From NCBI GenBank assembly GCA_038087875.1, contig CM075982.1, positions 59,334,001-59,398,000 on the forward strand: 64,000 nucleotides of DNA, given 5' to 3'. Of the stretch, positions 26,283 to 39,313 are shown piece by piece (the stretch's first letter is position 1; every line of letters starts with the position of its first letter). The position numbers and the translations under genes were made by a program. This stretch comes from Malacoraja senta (Eukaryota). The notes beneath the pieces are model-generated. The model saw only the letters and a list, made by a program, of their open reading frames with translations. It was not told where the DNA came from and did no database searches.

Positions 26283-26929
26283 CCCGCCACGCCCAACCCT
26301 CTCTCATAAAAAAGGTCATATGGTAGTTCTCATGTTGCTCATCTTAATATGTTACTTCAAATATTGTGTTATCTGTGATTTCATACCGCTGCTTTGAAGA
26401 TTAACGCGCATGCGCCCTGACGGGTCTTCTTCACGTAATCACCAACGTAACTCCTCATAAAATAAAGATCAAGCTTCAAACTGGTAAGTTCTCGGTTAAT
26501 CTTACTATTCCACACTTCAAATCATGTTAGTCCTTCAGATAGTTACACTGAATGTTTTTAAATGATCAATTAGCAGTAAAAATTGCATTCCATTTAGTTT
26601 TCTATTAAATACTAGTCGCTGGTTAAATACTAGTCCATTATGAACACCCATTTTTGAGTTTAGTTTAGGTTATTGTCCAGGCATTGTAAAATAGACTCAT
26701 CAATTCAAGATTGAGAATTTATTTTACTTAGAAGGCTTTCTCATCACGGAATTAGTGTTGGCTGGAAAGGCTTCAATGCAATACACTTTGAAGTCTTTTA
26801 CTGAATAATAAACCAATTTTACCTTACACTGTTACAAGGACAGTGAGGTAGAATCATCACATTGTTGGACTGAATCTAACTAACTGTGTCTGATGATCCC
26901 ATTAGGAATTGCCAGCAATCAGCCATTCA

Positions 26930-27522
26930 AATGGAAGTCCTGGGCTGAAGCTCCCAGAGGGCTGAGGACTTCAGGGGGTATCCGCCAAGCTGGTTTCCTG
27001 CACATAGGACTTGGTGAACCGTGGCCTGAGAGGGGAAGCCTGCCGAGCCCTGCTTGTCCCTTGAAGACCGGAGACCAGGAGGATGGAGCCAGCGATGATG
27101 ATGGACACAACCAGCGAGGAGCAAGTCCAGTGGGAGAGGGAACCAGGTTCTGACCCACCTCCCCCTTGAGGTCAGCTACGGGAGGCGTCCCCAGGTAACA
27201 ATGATGGATGGGCGAGGAGAGGAACACGAGTTCACTGGTTGATCTACATGTCCAAGGAAGTTGATGGCTGGAGACCCGCAGCATCCTGGAGCTTGCTTGG
27301 AATGGGCAGTGCTCATAACAACTAGAGCGTGAGCTGGTCTCATTGTGCCAAAGTTGTTCCAAAACATGATGCCTGTTACATGTGCGATCAGTAGACTATT
27401 TCTGTACACCTTCTAATTGGGAATGTGCTGGGAATACGTCACTGGACTGTGTGTAAGAAAATAATTTCACTGTGTGTTTGCATTTCACACACGTGACAAT
27501 AAAAAACACAATTGAACCATTG
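26930..27522 (+). mobile_element. GC-rich non-autonomous element with Rex1-like 3' tail
   Basis: Ends AATTTCACTGTG...CACGTGACAATAAA...ATTGAACC; 5' boundary uncertain. Confidence 0.4.
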
Positions 27523-28132
27523 AGGCACTCACTGAGCGGCAGATGCTGCCACATCTGTCACTGCCCTCTTTCAATTAACTCAGCACCTAGTTCAACAGCA
27601 GAGCCCAATTTTGCTGGGCTTCCCCAGCACTACTGTGGGGAAATCCCCGTGTCTGATATGCATGACGTAGCATCCAAATCTCATCTATTTCAACTATGTT
27701 TCTATGTCCAACTGAATAAAAGGCAAATAGAGAGGTTAGTTTTTCCCATTATTTTGATTTTTAATGATATTTTGATTTTCAATGATATGCACATTTAAAC
27801 TATTTACTACAGTTCATGTTTTTTTTTAGTGTTAGATATATTAAAAACTGTTAAAATCACGTAGTTTTGACAGGAAATTAAGTTCTGCCCCAGCTTTACC
27901 TTTTGCCAATGTTGATCAAGACATTTGAGATATAGAGTCCTCGCACTCTGCAGTCCATAACTCAATTGTCATCTGGACCCAAGTGCTTAACTTGGATGTG
28001 CAGAGGACTAGAGAGACTGGTCTTCTGATCTAGCCTAGGTAACTAAGATCATGTAGGGACCACAGTGGTCAGTTCCAGGTAGCAAGATGTGCACTTGTTA
28101 GATGGACTGACAGGAAGTTATCATCTGTACAA

Positions 28133-28515
28133 TTTAATTCAATTCAATTCAATTCAATTCAATTCAACTTTAATGTCATTGCACAAATACTGAGTATGGG
28201 TACAACGAAATGCAGTTTTGCGTCAGTCCGTAGTAGTAGTGCAATATAGAAATTTAAAAAAAAAAAAGAGGATACAGAATAATCAAAAATACAGAATAAT
28301 TAACAATGGGGACGGAGGGAACGGAGGAATCTATCGGCGGGACTCCGAGTTCAGCAATGCGACGGTATAATTATAGAAGCTGTTCCTCATCCTACTGGTA
28401 CGAGACCCGAGGCTCCTGTACCGCCTCCCTGATGGGAGGAGGGCAAACAGTCCATGGTTGGGGTGGGAGGGGTCTTTGATGATCTTCCCAGCCCGTTTCA
28501 GACACCGTTTTCGGT
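28133..28515 (-). mobile_element. Rex1/Babar LINE 3' end with (AATTC)n tail
   Basis: LLPSGRRYRSL C-terminal motif on the minus strand. Confidence 0.85.
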
Positions 28516-30520
28516 GTCTGAAACTTGAATGCCAAAAATATTAGAGAACAGAACAATACGACTTGCTATTATTATATTAGAAATTCAGGTCAACAAATGT
28601 TCACAAAGTAAATAGGAACTAATGTCATATTTTAGCAAATTCATAATTTGTTTTATGCATCTGGTCCTTTAAAATTGATAAAAGTAGAAATGTATATAAA
28701 ATATGATACTTTAATTTACTGAAATGTGTGTGTTTTTGTGACCAGAAATCTATTACCAGCAGGGTTCCACTAGTCAATCGCAATCCCTTGCTTTTATTGC
28801 TTTTGTTAATGTCAGACTAAAATGTTGAGCACTGCAGCAAGGAATTTGCAGTTGATATAAAAAAATGCTTATTTGGTTAGAAGGGGAAAGGGGGATATTT
28901 TTGCTTCAGTAGAATCAAAATGGTTAGTGAAACAGAAATAAATGATATTTGCTTTATAAAAGTGAAATATTTCTGTATGCTTTTCTCTCATATTCAAAAG
29001 ATGGATTTTACAGAAGTTACCATTTTGCAAGAAGTTAACGAATAAAAAGGAAACCCCTGCAGATCTGAAAACTGAAACAGAAAGAGATCAAACAGAAGAC
29101 GTGCAGCAGAAACTACCCGAGCTATCTTCAATATTTTCTGTTTTTGTTCAGGTTAATCAATGCTTGGCAGCAACATCAGCAAAGACACAAACAGTTCTAG
29201 TGGGAACTTTGAAAATAAAGTTTTCTTTTTCAAGAATGTTTAATCTTCCAGATGGTCCTCAGTAGGTTTTGGAACATTACATACCTTAAATCAGAACCAA
29301 TCGTAATAATTCAATACATGATTATTCTCAAAAACACTCTAATATTACTCTTTGTTGTACATTACTTGTTTTACATTCAGTTGAATGACTGAACTTGAAC
29401 ATATTTAATCCAACTAAATTGTTCCCCAGACACTGACAATAGATTGTTGTTTACAACATAAACGTTATTTCTCTCCACAATGCTGTCTGATTTGTTTTCA
29501 GTGTCTTCTGGTTATATGCAAGTATTTGTGACTAATGGAATTCCTGGATTATTCAGGATTATAGTGACCGGCAAACTACTACAGGTAAGGGATTAGCACA
29601 AAGGAAAAACTTCAAACTGCACCTATACTTTGGATGTGAATTGAAGGACTGTATGGAACCCTGTCCATTACTAAGCTGCGAGTCATGTTGCCATGCACAG
29701 TCACCTCCTCAACTAATAACTCCAGAGAAAGTGTCTCTAATCCACAATTATCACCAGAGGGACGTGGAAATATTGTGACTGGCTCGACGTGGCCCATAGA
29801 CGGAATCCATGGCATTTTTTTTCAATATTGTGAGACACAATTTTTCCTTTAAAAGCCATGGTGTGTGATTAATGTGTTTAGATAGAAAATTGGGACAAAA
29901 ATATCATGTGTATTGATTGTAGATATTAAGAACAGTTAATTGATACGCATTAATATATACACTAGCCTTTTTAAGATTGTAAATGTTTGCAATTGTAAGA
30001 AATAAATAAAATCAGCAGAGTACACAATGTTGAAAAGGAAATCAATATTTGAAAATGCAGAACATTTAAATGTATTGATATTCTGTTATTCTTTAAGAGC
30101 ACAGTTAAAACTGCAATTAACTGAATAATTTGTTCTAATAACTTAATTAATTATTTGTTATTGCTCTAAATCTTCATTTACTATCAACACATGCCTGAAA
30201 AATAGTTGATTTTAGGCATACCAACTTTAACAAACTGTAGCAGATTTTTAGCAGGACAAGTCTGTAATATTTACAAGACATAGTGCCACATTATTTACTG
30301 ATCTCCACCTGGGAGACAAATGCCTTGGACCATTGACTGTAATGTGCAGTGGAGTGAATAAAACCAGTGACAGATGCTCTTGCATTTGTTTGGCATGAGT
30401 GATAGCAACCCAACCTCTGAGAGGGGAAAGAACTCAGGCCTTTTGATCAGTACCATCCAACCAACATACTTTGAGAGAAAATGAAAACGGAAGAGTGAAA
30501 TGTACAGACTTGCAGAGTAA

Positions 30521-31058
30521 TGCCCCTGTCCCACTTAGGAAACCTGAACGGAAACCTCTGGAGACTTTGCGCCCCACCCAAGGTTTCCGTGCGGTTCCCG
30601 GAGGTTTTTGTCAGTCTCCCTAATGGTCAAAAGTGGTTTCCGCTTCTTCTATGTTCCGGCGATTATTTCAAAAAATTCAAAACTGGCCGCGACTAAAAAT
30701 AGGATGCCGTTTTAAAAATCGGTAATTTTTTAGTCGAAGCCGGTTGCGATGCTAGTTGAAGGTGGTTGCCGGAGGTTGCAGGTAGACCTTCCACTATCTG
30801 CAACCTCCGGCAACCACCTTCAACTAGCATCACAACCGGCTTCGACTGAAAAATTACCGATTTTTAAAACAGCAAGCTATTTTTAGTCGCGGCCGGTTTT
30901 GAATTTTTTTAAATAATCGCCGAAACATAGAAGAAGCGGAAACCACTTTCGACCATTAGGGAGACTGACAAGAACCTCCGGGAACCGCACGGAAACCTTG
31001 GGTGGGGCGCAAAGTCTCCAGAGGTTTCTGTTCAGGTTTCCTAAGTGGGACAGGGGCA
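30521..31058. mobile_element. Foldback PIF/Harbinger-type MITE, 538-bp near-perfect palindrome
   Basis: ~265-bp arms around an 8-nt loop (30786-30793); TAA TSD on both sides; TIR TGCCCCTGTCCCACTTAGG. Confidence 0.95.
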
Positions 31059-31235
31059 TAAGAGTCATCGGTGATCTAGTTGGGACTGTTGATACTAGAC
31101 AAGGCACAACTGGTGATAAACAGACCACAGTGCTCTATGAGGAACTGAGAAACTATAATGTGCAATCTCACTTGTACTGAAAAAGATACGATCGTGGTCA
31201 CTACTGATTATTGTGTATTTAAAAACAAAAGTATT

Positions 31236-31505
31236 GGGCGGCACAATGATGCAGTGGTAGAGTTGCTGAGAGTACAGTGCCAGAGACCCGGGTTCAATCC
31301 TGACTAAGGGTGCTGCCTGCACGGAGTTAGTATGTTCTCCCTGTGATCACCTGAGTTTTCTTCGGGTTTTCTGGCTTCCTCCCACACACCAAAGATGTGC
31401 AGGTTTGTAGGTTAATTGTCCTCTGTAAATTGCCCCTAGTAGGCCAGAATTAGTGTTCGGATGATCGCTGTCGTCAAAGATTCGGTGGGCTGAAAGGCCT
31501 GTTTT
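31236..31505 (+). mobile_element. HE1/V-SINE-like SINE
   Basis: tRNA head and body. Confidence 0.85.
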
Positions 31506-31519
31506 CTGAATTATTGTGG

Positions 31520-32770
31520 AAGATGTTTTATCGTCCATTCTCACCTATTGTGGTCTAGGTGATGGGATCTTTCTCGTGGATCCTGTGGCAGAGTGGGGTG
31601 CTGACTTGTAGGTCCAGGAGTTTGGAGATGAGGTTAGGTGGGATTATGGTGTTGAAGGCAAAGCTAGTCAATAAATGATTAGTCTGGCATGGTTATCCTT
31701 TTCCCTTTACATGTTCCAGAGATGAATGTAGGGCCAGAGAGATGGTGATGGTAGTAAACTGTGGTGGCTCTATGGGAGGCTGGAGTTAATGTGCACCATC
31801 GCAAGTCTCATCAAGTACTTCAATGTGGTGTATGCCAGAGCTAATGGATAGCAGTCATTAAAGGCATGGTATTTTGCTATTCTTTGGCACTGCGATGATA
31901 GTGGTCTTCTTAACGTTAGTGGGAACCTTAGAATGAAGTAGCGATAGATTAAAGATAGGAATGAGTACAGATTAAAGATAGGAATGATCCTGCCAGCGGG
32001 TCTGCCAAGGGGCTGAGGACGAGGCTGACGAATCCATGCGGGCCAGTTGTTTTCCACGGATTCACACTCAGGGAAGCCAATCTGACATCTGCTACAGTGA
32101 CCATGGGTACAGGCACACCAGAGGCTGATGGGGCAGATGATGTCCTTCTACCGACCTCCTGATCAAAGCAGGCACACAATGCATTGAGTTTGTTGGGAAG
32201 GGATGTGTTGTAGCCAGCAATACTACCCAATGCAGACATTTTACTACACAAGCCTTGTCACAATCGATGGGTGCCCGTGTGGTTACCTCGAGATTCTATG
32301 TTGGTCTGGAATTCCCTCCGAGTGCTCTTGTTGGGATTGCAAAGGTCGTAAACAGATTTCTTGCACTACTGTGGATCATATGAATTTAACACTGTAGACT
32401 TGGACGTCATCAGGCAGTTGATCTCAGAGTTCATCCATGGTTTCCGGTTGGTGAACACTCGTATTGTCTTCCTCCACACACTCACTGATGAAGTCTGTGA
32501 TGGCAGTGGCATACACTCATTTAGATTCGCCGCAAGGTCTTTGAATTTAGACCAGTTCAGCAACTCAAAGTAGTCGCAAGGGATCTCATCTGTTTCCTCA
32601 GACCAGCAATGTACAACTTTCTGTACTGGATCCTCCCACTTCAGTTTCTGCTTGTAAGCAGAGAGTAGACGCACAGACAGGTGGTCAGATGTTCCAAAGT
32701 GCGGTCAAGGGATAGAGCGGCATCTTTGGTGGGTGTGTAGCAGTGGTCAAGGGTGTTTGGACCCGCTGAT
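31520..32770 (-). mobile_element. Degraded Rex1/Babar LINE (endonuclease end to RT)
   Basis: LLSAYKQKLK, NRKPWMNSEI, VNPWK..GP and FNDCYPLAL motifs. Confidence 0.85.
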
Positions 32771-33079
32771 AGTATGTTGGTAGAACATTAATCAGGAAGG
32801 ATCACAGCACGTTGGGATGTAGAACATGTAACACTGTGTTGAGAATGGAGAGAGAAGGAAAACAGGAACTACAAATAAGTTAGTGGGAAATCCACAAATA
32901 TGAAGACAATAAGAAGCTATTTAAAAACTGATATTGGTCCAGATTGTATTAGACTATGTTCACTATGTGATATCTGTACCTTCACACTGACCTACACCAA
33001 GTGCAATCGAAGTCCATGATTTAGTTGTCAAATAGTTTATCACCCACAATTTCTACTGAAACCATTATATTGTGCAGAG

Positions 33080-33555
33080 TCAAGATGTTTGTTTGAAAGG
33101 AAAGTTATGTTTAAGAGGTTAAGGAGCCTGTGAGTGTAAATAATAGAGCCGTTAAAGGAACACCATTAGATGAAGATATTTGAAATTTTCCCAAGTCATT
33201 CGACAAGATGTGCCAAAGAAAACTTCTCTAAAGGATAAAATGTGAAGCTATCAAATGAACAAAGATGAACACAAAGTGCTGAAGTAACTCAGTGAATCAG
33301 GCAGCATATCTGGAGAACATCAATAGGTGATGTTTTGGGTCCCGACCCTAAACATCACCGTTTCTAAACAAAGACATTGGTTTCTGGAAAGAAGAATAAA
33401 TGGGCCCTTTCCAAATAGCTGGTCACTAATGGAGAGAGGTCAGAGGAATCCATTGTGGGACCTCAGAGATTTGCTATTTATATTAATTATACATTTGAAG
33501 AGGTGATGGGTACACATTTTCTGATGAAACAAAGCTCGGTGGAAAAGCAAACTGT
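33080..33555 (+). mobile_element. Very old CR1 RT fragment interrupted by a PLE piece (33265-33360)
   Basis: Degenerate GKLCL, FDK..P and SDETKLGG motifs. Confidence 0.55.
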
Positions 33556-33692
33556 GTCATTTCCTTTTATTTAAAATGTAAATGGTTTTTTTTAAACATC
33601 CCACTTCCATCAGCAAGAATATTACTACTGGCAGGTACTGGTCCAGAGGTTCATTGAGAAATACTGCATTCCACATCTCTGAATCCTAATTT

Positions 33693-33990
33693 GTGGTGCA
33701 GCGGTAGAGTTGCTGCCTTACAGAACCAGAGACCCGGGTTTGATCCTGACTATGGGTGCAGTCGATATGGAATTTGTATATTCCCCCTGTGACTGCATGG
33801 GTTTTCCCCAGGTGCTCTGGTTTTCTCCCACTCACCAAAGATATAGAGGTTTGTAGTTTAATTGTCCGGTAAAATTGTAAATTGTCCCTAGTGTATAGGA
33901 TAGTGGCAGTGCATGGGGTGATTGCTGGTTGGCGCGGACTCATTGGGCTGAAGGGCCTGTATCCATGCTGTATCTTTAAAGTCTAAAGTC
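33693..33990 (+). mobile_element. HE1/V-SINE-like SINE
   Basis: Head, body and tail present. Confidence 0.9.
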
Positions 33991-34409
33991 CAAAACCCAT
34001 TAGAATTATCTGTAGTTCAATAATGCAATTATTCAATGTTAAAAACATTGGAAATATGCAAGAGGTCAAATAACACCCATGAAGAATAAAACTGGGTTAA
34101 CATTTCAAGTCATGACTTTTCACATAAAGTTTGAGAAAGGTTAATTGATCTGCAACGTTAACTCTCTACAACTGCTGCCTCTAGCAAATTATATCCAACA
34201 GTTTCTGTTTTGTTGTAATTGCAATAAGATTCACCATCCATATAAAACTGCCAAAGGCTATTCATGCTTACAATTTTTATGTGAAAGAATTCTTAGCTGA
34301 CATTTAAGTTATGAAGTATAACATTAATCAAAACACCCATAAAGTTATTGACTAAATTCCATTAGGATGATATATTAAATTCCTGAATATATCTCCATTC
34401 AACTGTATC

Positions 34410-34578
34410 ATAGAAACATAGAAAAATAGGTGCAGGAGTAGGCCATTCGGCCCTTCGAGCCAGCACCACCACTCAACATAATCATGGCTGCTCATCTAAA
34501 ATCAGTACCCTTTCCTGCTTTTTCCCCATATCCCTTGATTCCTTTAGCCCTAAGAGCTAAATCTAACTCTCTCTTGAA
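34410..34578 (-). mobile_element. CR1 3' end
   Basis: ATAGAAAC tail and 3'UTR. Confidence 0.88.
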
Positions 34579-34919
34579 ATCATTTATCTAACTCCCCAAA
34601 TCACTGAATACCTTTTACCTGTATGCATAACATGTACTTTGCACGTTATTGCTGATATTAGCAAAATATAAGTTGCATGAGCAGGATGGAATATCAGATA
34701 TTAAGCATTCATGTGAAATTCAATGTAAATTATTTCAGTTAATTTATCATTTTAATTGATTCAAGGCATGCCAGACAATAATGATAATTTTCTAATGCAC
34801 TGTTACTAAATGAATCCCAGATGGACAATAACAAAAGAAAAGAGATTTAAGTACAAATTTAAATATTTATCTATCTCAAAATTTAATTGTATCTCTTTAC
34901 ACACTGAGCTCCTTGCCAG

Positions 34920-36160
34920 TCTGATTCAGCAGAGTTAACATGGATTTATGAAAAGAAAATCATGTTTGACTAATCTGCTGCAGTTCTTTGAGGATGTGGC
35001 TAGTTGAATAAACAAGAGGAAACCAGTGGATACAGAATAGCCGTATTTTCATAAGGCTTTTGAAAGGATCCTGCACATGATGTTAGTCGACAAGGTTTGA
35101 ACATGTGGGACTGGAAGTAATATAATGACATAGATTGAGAATGGGTTATAACAGAGTGTGAGTATAAACAGAATCTGTCACAACCTGACAAGCTGGACCA
35201 AGTGGGGAACAACAGGAATTGGTGGTTAGGCCCCAGATATTCCCAATCTGGTGATACAGTGGTGCAGGGGTAGAGTTGCTGCCTCACAGGGCCAAAAACC
35301 CAGGTTGGATCCTGACTATGGGTGTTGTCAGTGCGAAGTTTGTAGGTTCTCCCTGTGACCGCACGGGTTCTCCCCCTGGTGCTCCGGCTTCCTCCTACAT
35401 TCTAAAGACGTGCAGGCTTGTAGGTTAATTGGCCTCTGTAAATTGTTCCTAATGTGTAGGATAGAACTAGTTTACAGGTGATTGTTGATCGACATGGACT
35501 CGGTGGGCCAAAGGGCCTGTTTCGACGCTGTAACTTTAAAACCAAAATTAAAAACTAAAACAAATCTATGTCAAACAATTGGCCAAATTCCTATTTCCAA
35601 GGTTGCTCATGATACAAAACTAAATGGGATTGTTACTAAAGAGGAAGATATAAAGTGATGGCAATCATTTGCAAAGGCGATTCGTATTGTGGTCTTTATT
35701 ACAAGAGAATTTATGTAAAGTCGTCTTACTGCAATCATAAAGGGCTTTGAAGAGACCATTGACCTGGCATATTATGCAGAGATGACTAAATGAGGAGAAA
35801 TTGAGGAGAGAAATTGAGGAGAGAGAGAAGAAAATTCATTGAAACATATAAAACTCTTGGGGGGCAAGAAAGGTGCTGATATATGAGGTGATAGCTGGTT
35901 GGTGCAGACTTGGTGGGCGAAAGGGCCCATTTCCATGCTGTATCTCTAAAGTCAAAAGTCTCTGCAGTCTAGATCCGGGGAGAATATTTCCTCTGGCTAA
36001 GAAGTCTAGATCCAGGAGTCACAAATTAAGATTAAATGCAAGACCATTTAGGACCGAGAAGTATAGTAGGTTCTTCACATATAATTGGTGTATCTTTGAA
36101 AGTCTCAGACATTGAGTTTATTCAAAATAGAGATCAATAGATTTCTGGTCATCAAGGGAT
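34920..36160 (+). mobile_element. Old CR1 RT fragment with nested SINEs
   Basis: QHGFMKRKSCLTNLLQFFEDV; SINE insertions at 35250-35560 and 35885-35960. Confidence 0.7.
35250..35560 (+). mobile_element. HE1/V-SINE-like SINE
   Basis: Head, body and tail present. Confidence 0.9.
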
Positions 36161-37461
36161 AGTGAAGGATTTGAAAACATAATTACTTCAATAAAAAGTA
36201 ATGTAAATAATCTTTAACTAATAATGATTAGCTTGAAGTTAGAATTAAAAACAAACCAACTTATTAGTCGATTTCTGTCTTCTTTTCAGATTTTAAAGCT
36301 CTGAATGTTCTATCAACTGCCTACAATTTGTGTTATATTCTGCACTGTGCAATGAGGATTGGTTGAAGTGCTCTGTTTCATGTTTTGCATCAGTGCCTTT
36401 TATAATCAACTGTGATTTGCAGCACCCAAGTGAATGGTGAAACTGAGGTTAACTCATTTTCTGAGCCATCTATCCAATTTGAAACTACTTCTTATGCTAC
36501 GTTTAATCGGTCTCTGATTTTGTTCATTTCCACAAGTGAGCTTGAAATAACTTGAAACCTTGTCTGTGCATCAGACCATTCTCTGGATAAACCTCAACTG
36601 TTCATCCCTATTGCCAAGTTCATTATTTGAATTCAGAAATTAATTGGATTTTGCTATAAAACACACAAAACCATGAAATCTCTCCCTCTCCAGATAAATA
36701 GCAAAAAACTCTTCATATTAGGAGATGGTCAGTGGAGTAACTTACATGATTCCTTTAGCGTTGTTTGGTGTTGGGGAAGCATCACGTGCTCGGAATTTAA
36801 TTCAACAGCACTAGCCTATGGACTAACACCAGTAAGTCAAGCTTAATTATCCAATTTGTACCTTTGACCTGCATTGACCAGGTTTAATAATTTTGTTATT
36901 TTTATCCTTTAGAAATCTTTATAGGTATTCTGCTCTTCATCCAGTTTTGATTAGTTGTATGCTTACGTTGCTAATGTGCTGTCAACATGAAAGTTAATGT
37001 GAATTGTAGCCTTCCCCTGAAATTACAACAGTGGTTACAAGTCAATAATATTATAATTTGCTCTCATATGTTTTGTGGATATTCCAAGTTGATGAAAAGT
37101 TATACAAAAATAAGAGTTCTTATATTTTTTAATCCGGAAGGGGTTATTATTACAATCCTGCATTTCAAATAAAATGGAACCTTTATGACCACTATTATTT
37201 TATTGAGTACCAACTGCCCAGTGACCAGGGCAAATAGCAACTATCCATAAAACAAAGATATTTATTTATCAGCTGGCACATCCTCGGGGCATCTCCAATC
37301 ATTTTGTATTAATGGAAATTCATTCTCTTACATTGTCATGTAATGAAATGCTGTAATGAAATTCATACATGCAACAGAAAGTTTAATGAATAGATAATCT
37401 ATTGTGGCAAAGTTTGAGAATAAAATTTAGCAATCCATCAGATGACTTCACCTGCTGTTTA

Positions 37462-37775
37462 GGTTAGTTTAGTTTAGTTCAGTTTAGTTTATAGATACAG
37501 CGTGGAAACAGGCCCTTCGGCCCATTGACTTTTCGCTGCCCAGCAATCCCTGCACACTAACATTATCCTAAGCACACTAGGGAAAATGTACAATTTTACC
37601 CAGCCAATTAACCTACAAACCTGTATGTCTTTAGAGTGTTGGAGGTAACCGGAGTACCCGGAGAAAACCCACGCAGGTCATGGGGAGAACGTACAAACTC
37701 CATACAGACAGCACACATTGTCAGGATTGAACCCAGGTCTCTGGCGCTGTAAGGCAGCAACTCTACCACGGTACC
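37462..37775 (-). mobile_element. HE1/V-SINE-like SINE
   Basis: Head, body and (TTTAG)n tail. Confidence 0.9.
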
Positions 37776-37873
37776 ATTCTTTCTATTGTGATCATTTTAA
37801 TTTATAATCCATTTTACAATATACAGTAAGAGGCTACTGCTTAACATTCCAACTGAAAGACGTCACCTCGAAC

Positions 37874-38570
37874 TGTAGAATCGTTCCCTACTTCACCCTT
37901 GCACTGAACTATTATACCTAGGTGAGGGTGTAATTATGCTCCTAGAGCTAACCCCCTCGGTAAAACACCGAGTCAAGCACTGGACCACTAAATCTTTTTA
38001 TTTTATGAAACAATGAAGAATTCCCTATACAATACCCAGCCACACCGCAGGATCGATCCTTGTCTCTGCATGTCCAAGCCCTTCAGCCTCGTGCAAGCAG
38101 ATACTTCCAAAAGGTTACCCAGCCCCAAGCACTCATCCAGAAGATCGATAATGAACCTCGTGGGGGTTACCTTTTATAGGTAATCGAACCCTGTGAGGCT
38201 GATCTACATGGGGGTGGTATCCCTGCAAACCAATCACAGATATCGATTACATTAAAGTGTTATTGACAGTCCCCCAACCCAATTACAAAGCATCCCATTA
38301 CAATGTTTCTACAGAAGCTTCTGGAAAGAAGTCAGTTGACCCAAGTAAGGCAACATTCTCCTGGGGAGTATAAACAATTCAAACAAGGCGTCACACTTCA
38401 GCCAATCCTCAAACAGTAACATAAACACCTTGCAACATTATTAACAGTATTTGCAATTCTTCTGCAGCGAGCCTATCATGCTAAGGCAGTCCAACACCTT
38501 TGGGCTTCTCTGCAAAGTACTCATACATTTTAACAATTGTGACGACATCGGGACCACACCTTATCTGACA
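37874..38570 (-). mobile_element. Solo-LTR-like element, relative of 9209-9983
   Basis: TG...CA ends; shares ATCGATATCTGT.ATTGG, ACCACCCCCATGT, CCTATAAAAG, TCGATCTTCTGG, AATAAA and TTACACCCTC in the same order. Confidence 0.65.
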
Positions 38571-39202
38571 GTTCAATCTAGGACCTAGACTTCCTGGCAC
38601 CAATTTGCAGCTCTCAGCTTTGCACAGAAATTGACCAAACAGGTTTTGCAGATGCCCTGATACTCCATTTTATATGTCTCTATTTTAGCCCATATTAGCA
38701 AGGGCATACGTGTTAAGCCAAGGGTGATTATTGAGAGGTTGATAAATGAAGGCTTTGCACTCAATGTTACAAGCCTGTGGGAAAATATATCTGCATCTTT
38801 CCCAGCCAACATTTTTAGTACTATTAATCAGGATTTGATATACAGGTCCTACCTTTTAGTGTTCTTTGCAAGGACATTCCATGAAGTAAGCTGACATAGA
38901 TCAACGGATGAGTGCAGAGCTCAATCACTGTGAAAATGACGATTTCAACTCTTCAATTATCACAGTCTACACATGGGCAACCAATACAATATTGTCATAC
39001 ATTCTTCTTTCCTATTTAGAGCTATTTCTTGATGTCTTGTTGGTGATTACGTGAAGAAGACCCGTCAGGGCGCATGCGCGGCAATCTTCAAAGCAGCGGT
39101 ATGAAATTACAGACAACACAATATTTGAAGTAACATATTAAGATGAGCAACATGAGAACTACCATATGACCTTTTTTATGAGAGAGGGTTGGGCATGGCG
39201 GG

Positions 39203-39313
39203 CACATAATCACCAACGTAACTCCTCATAAAATAAAGATCAAACTTCAAACTGGTAAGTTCTCGTTTAATCTTACTATTTTACCTCGGAGTCACGTGAG
39301 TGACTACGTGAAG
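39203..39313 (-). repeat. DIRS-B ICR
   Basis: Circle-junction copy ...CTTACTATTTTACCTCGGAGTCACGTGAGTGACTACGTGAAG. Confidence 0.93.

Larger units (their letters stand above)
21741..26509 (+). mobile_element. DIRS-type tyrosine-recombinase retrotransposon, end-to-end but decayed (DIRS-A)
   Basis: 29-bp inverted terminal repeat (ITR) core at 21770-21798 and 26407-26435; ICR at 26171-26282; ATT at both ends; gag, RT, RNase H, MT and YR remnants in DIRS order. Confidence 0.95.

Noticed and set aside
26919-27362. 147-aa minus-strand ORF
   Set aside because: Low-complexity product of a GC-rich repeat-like segment with no domain motifs.
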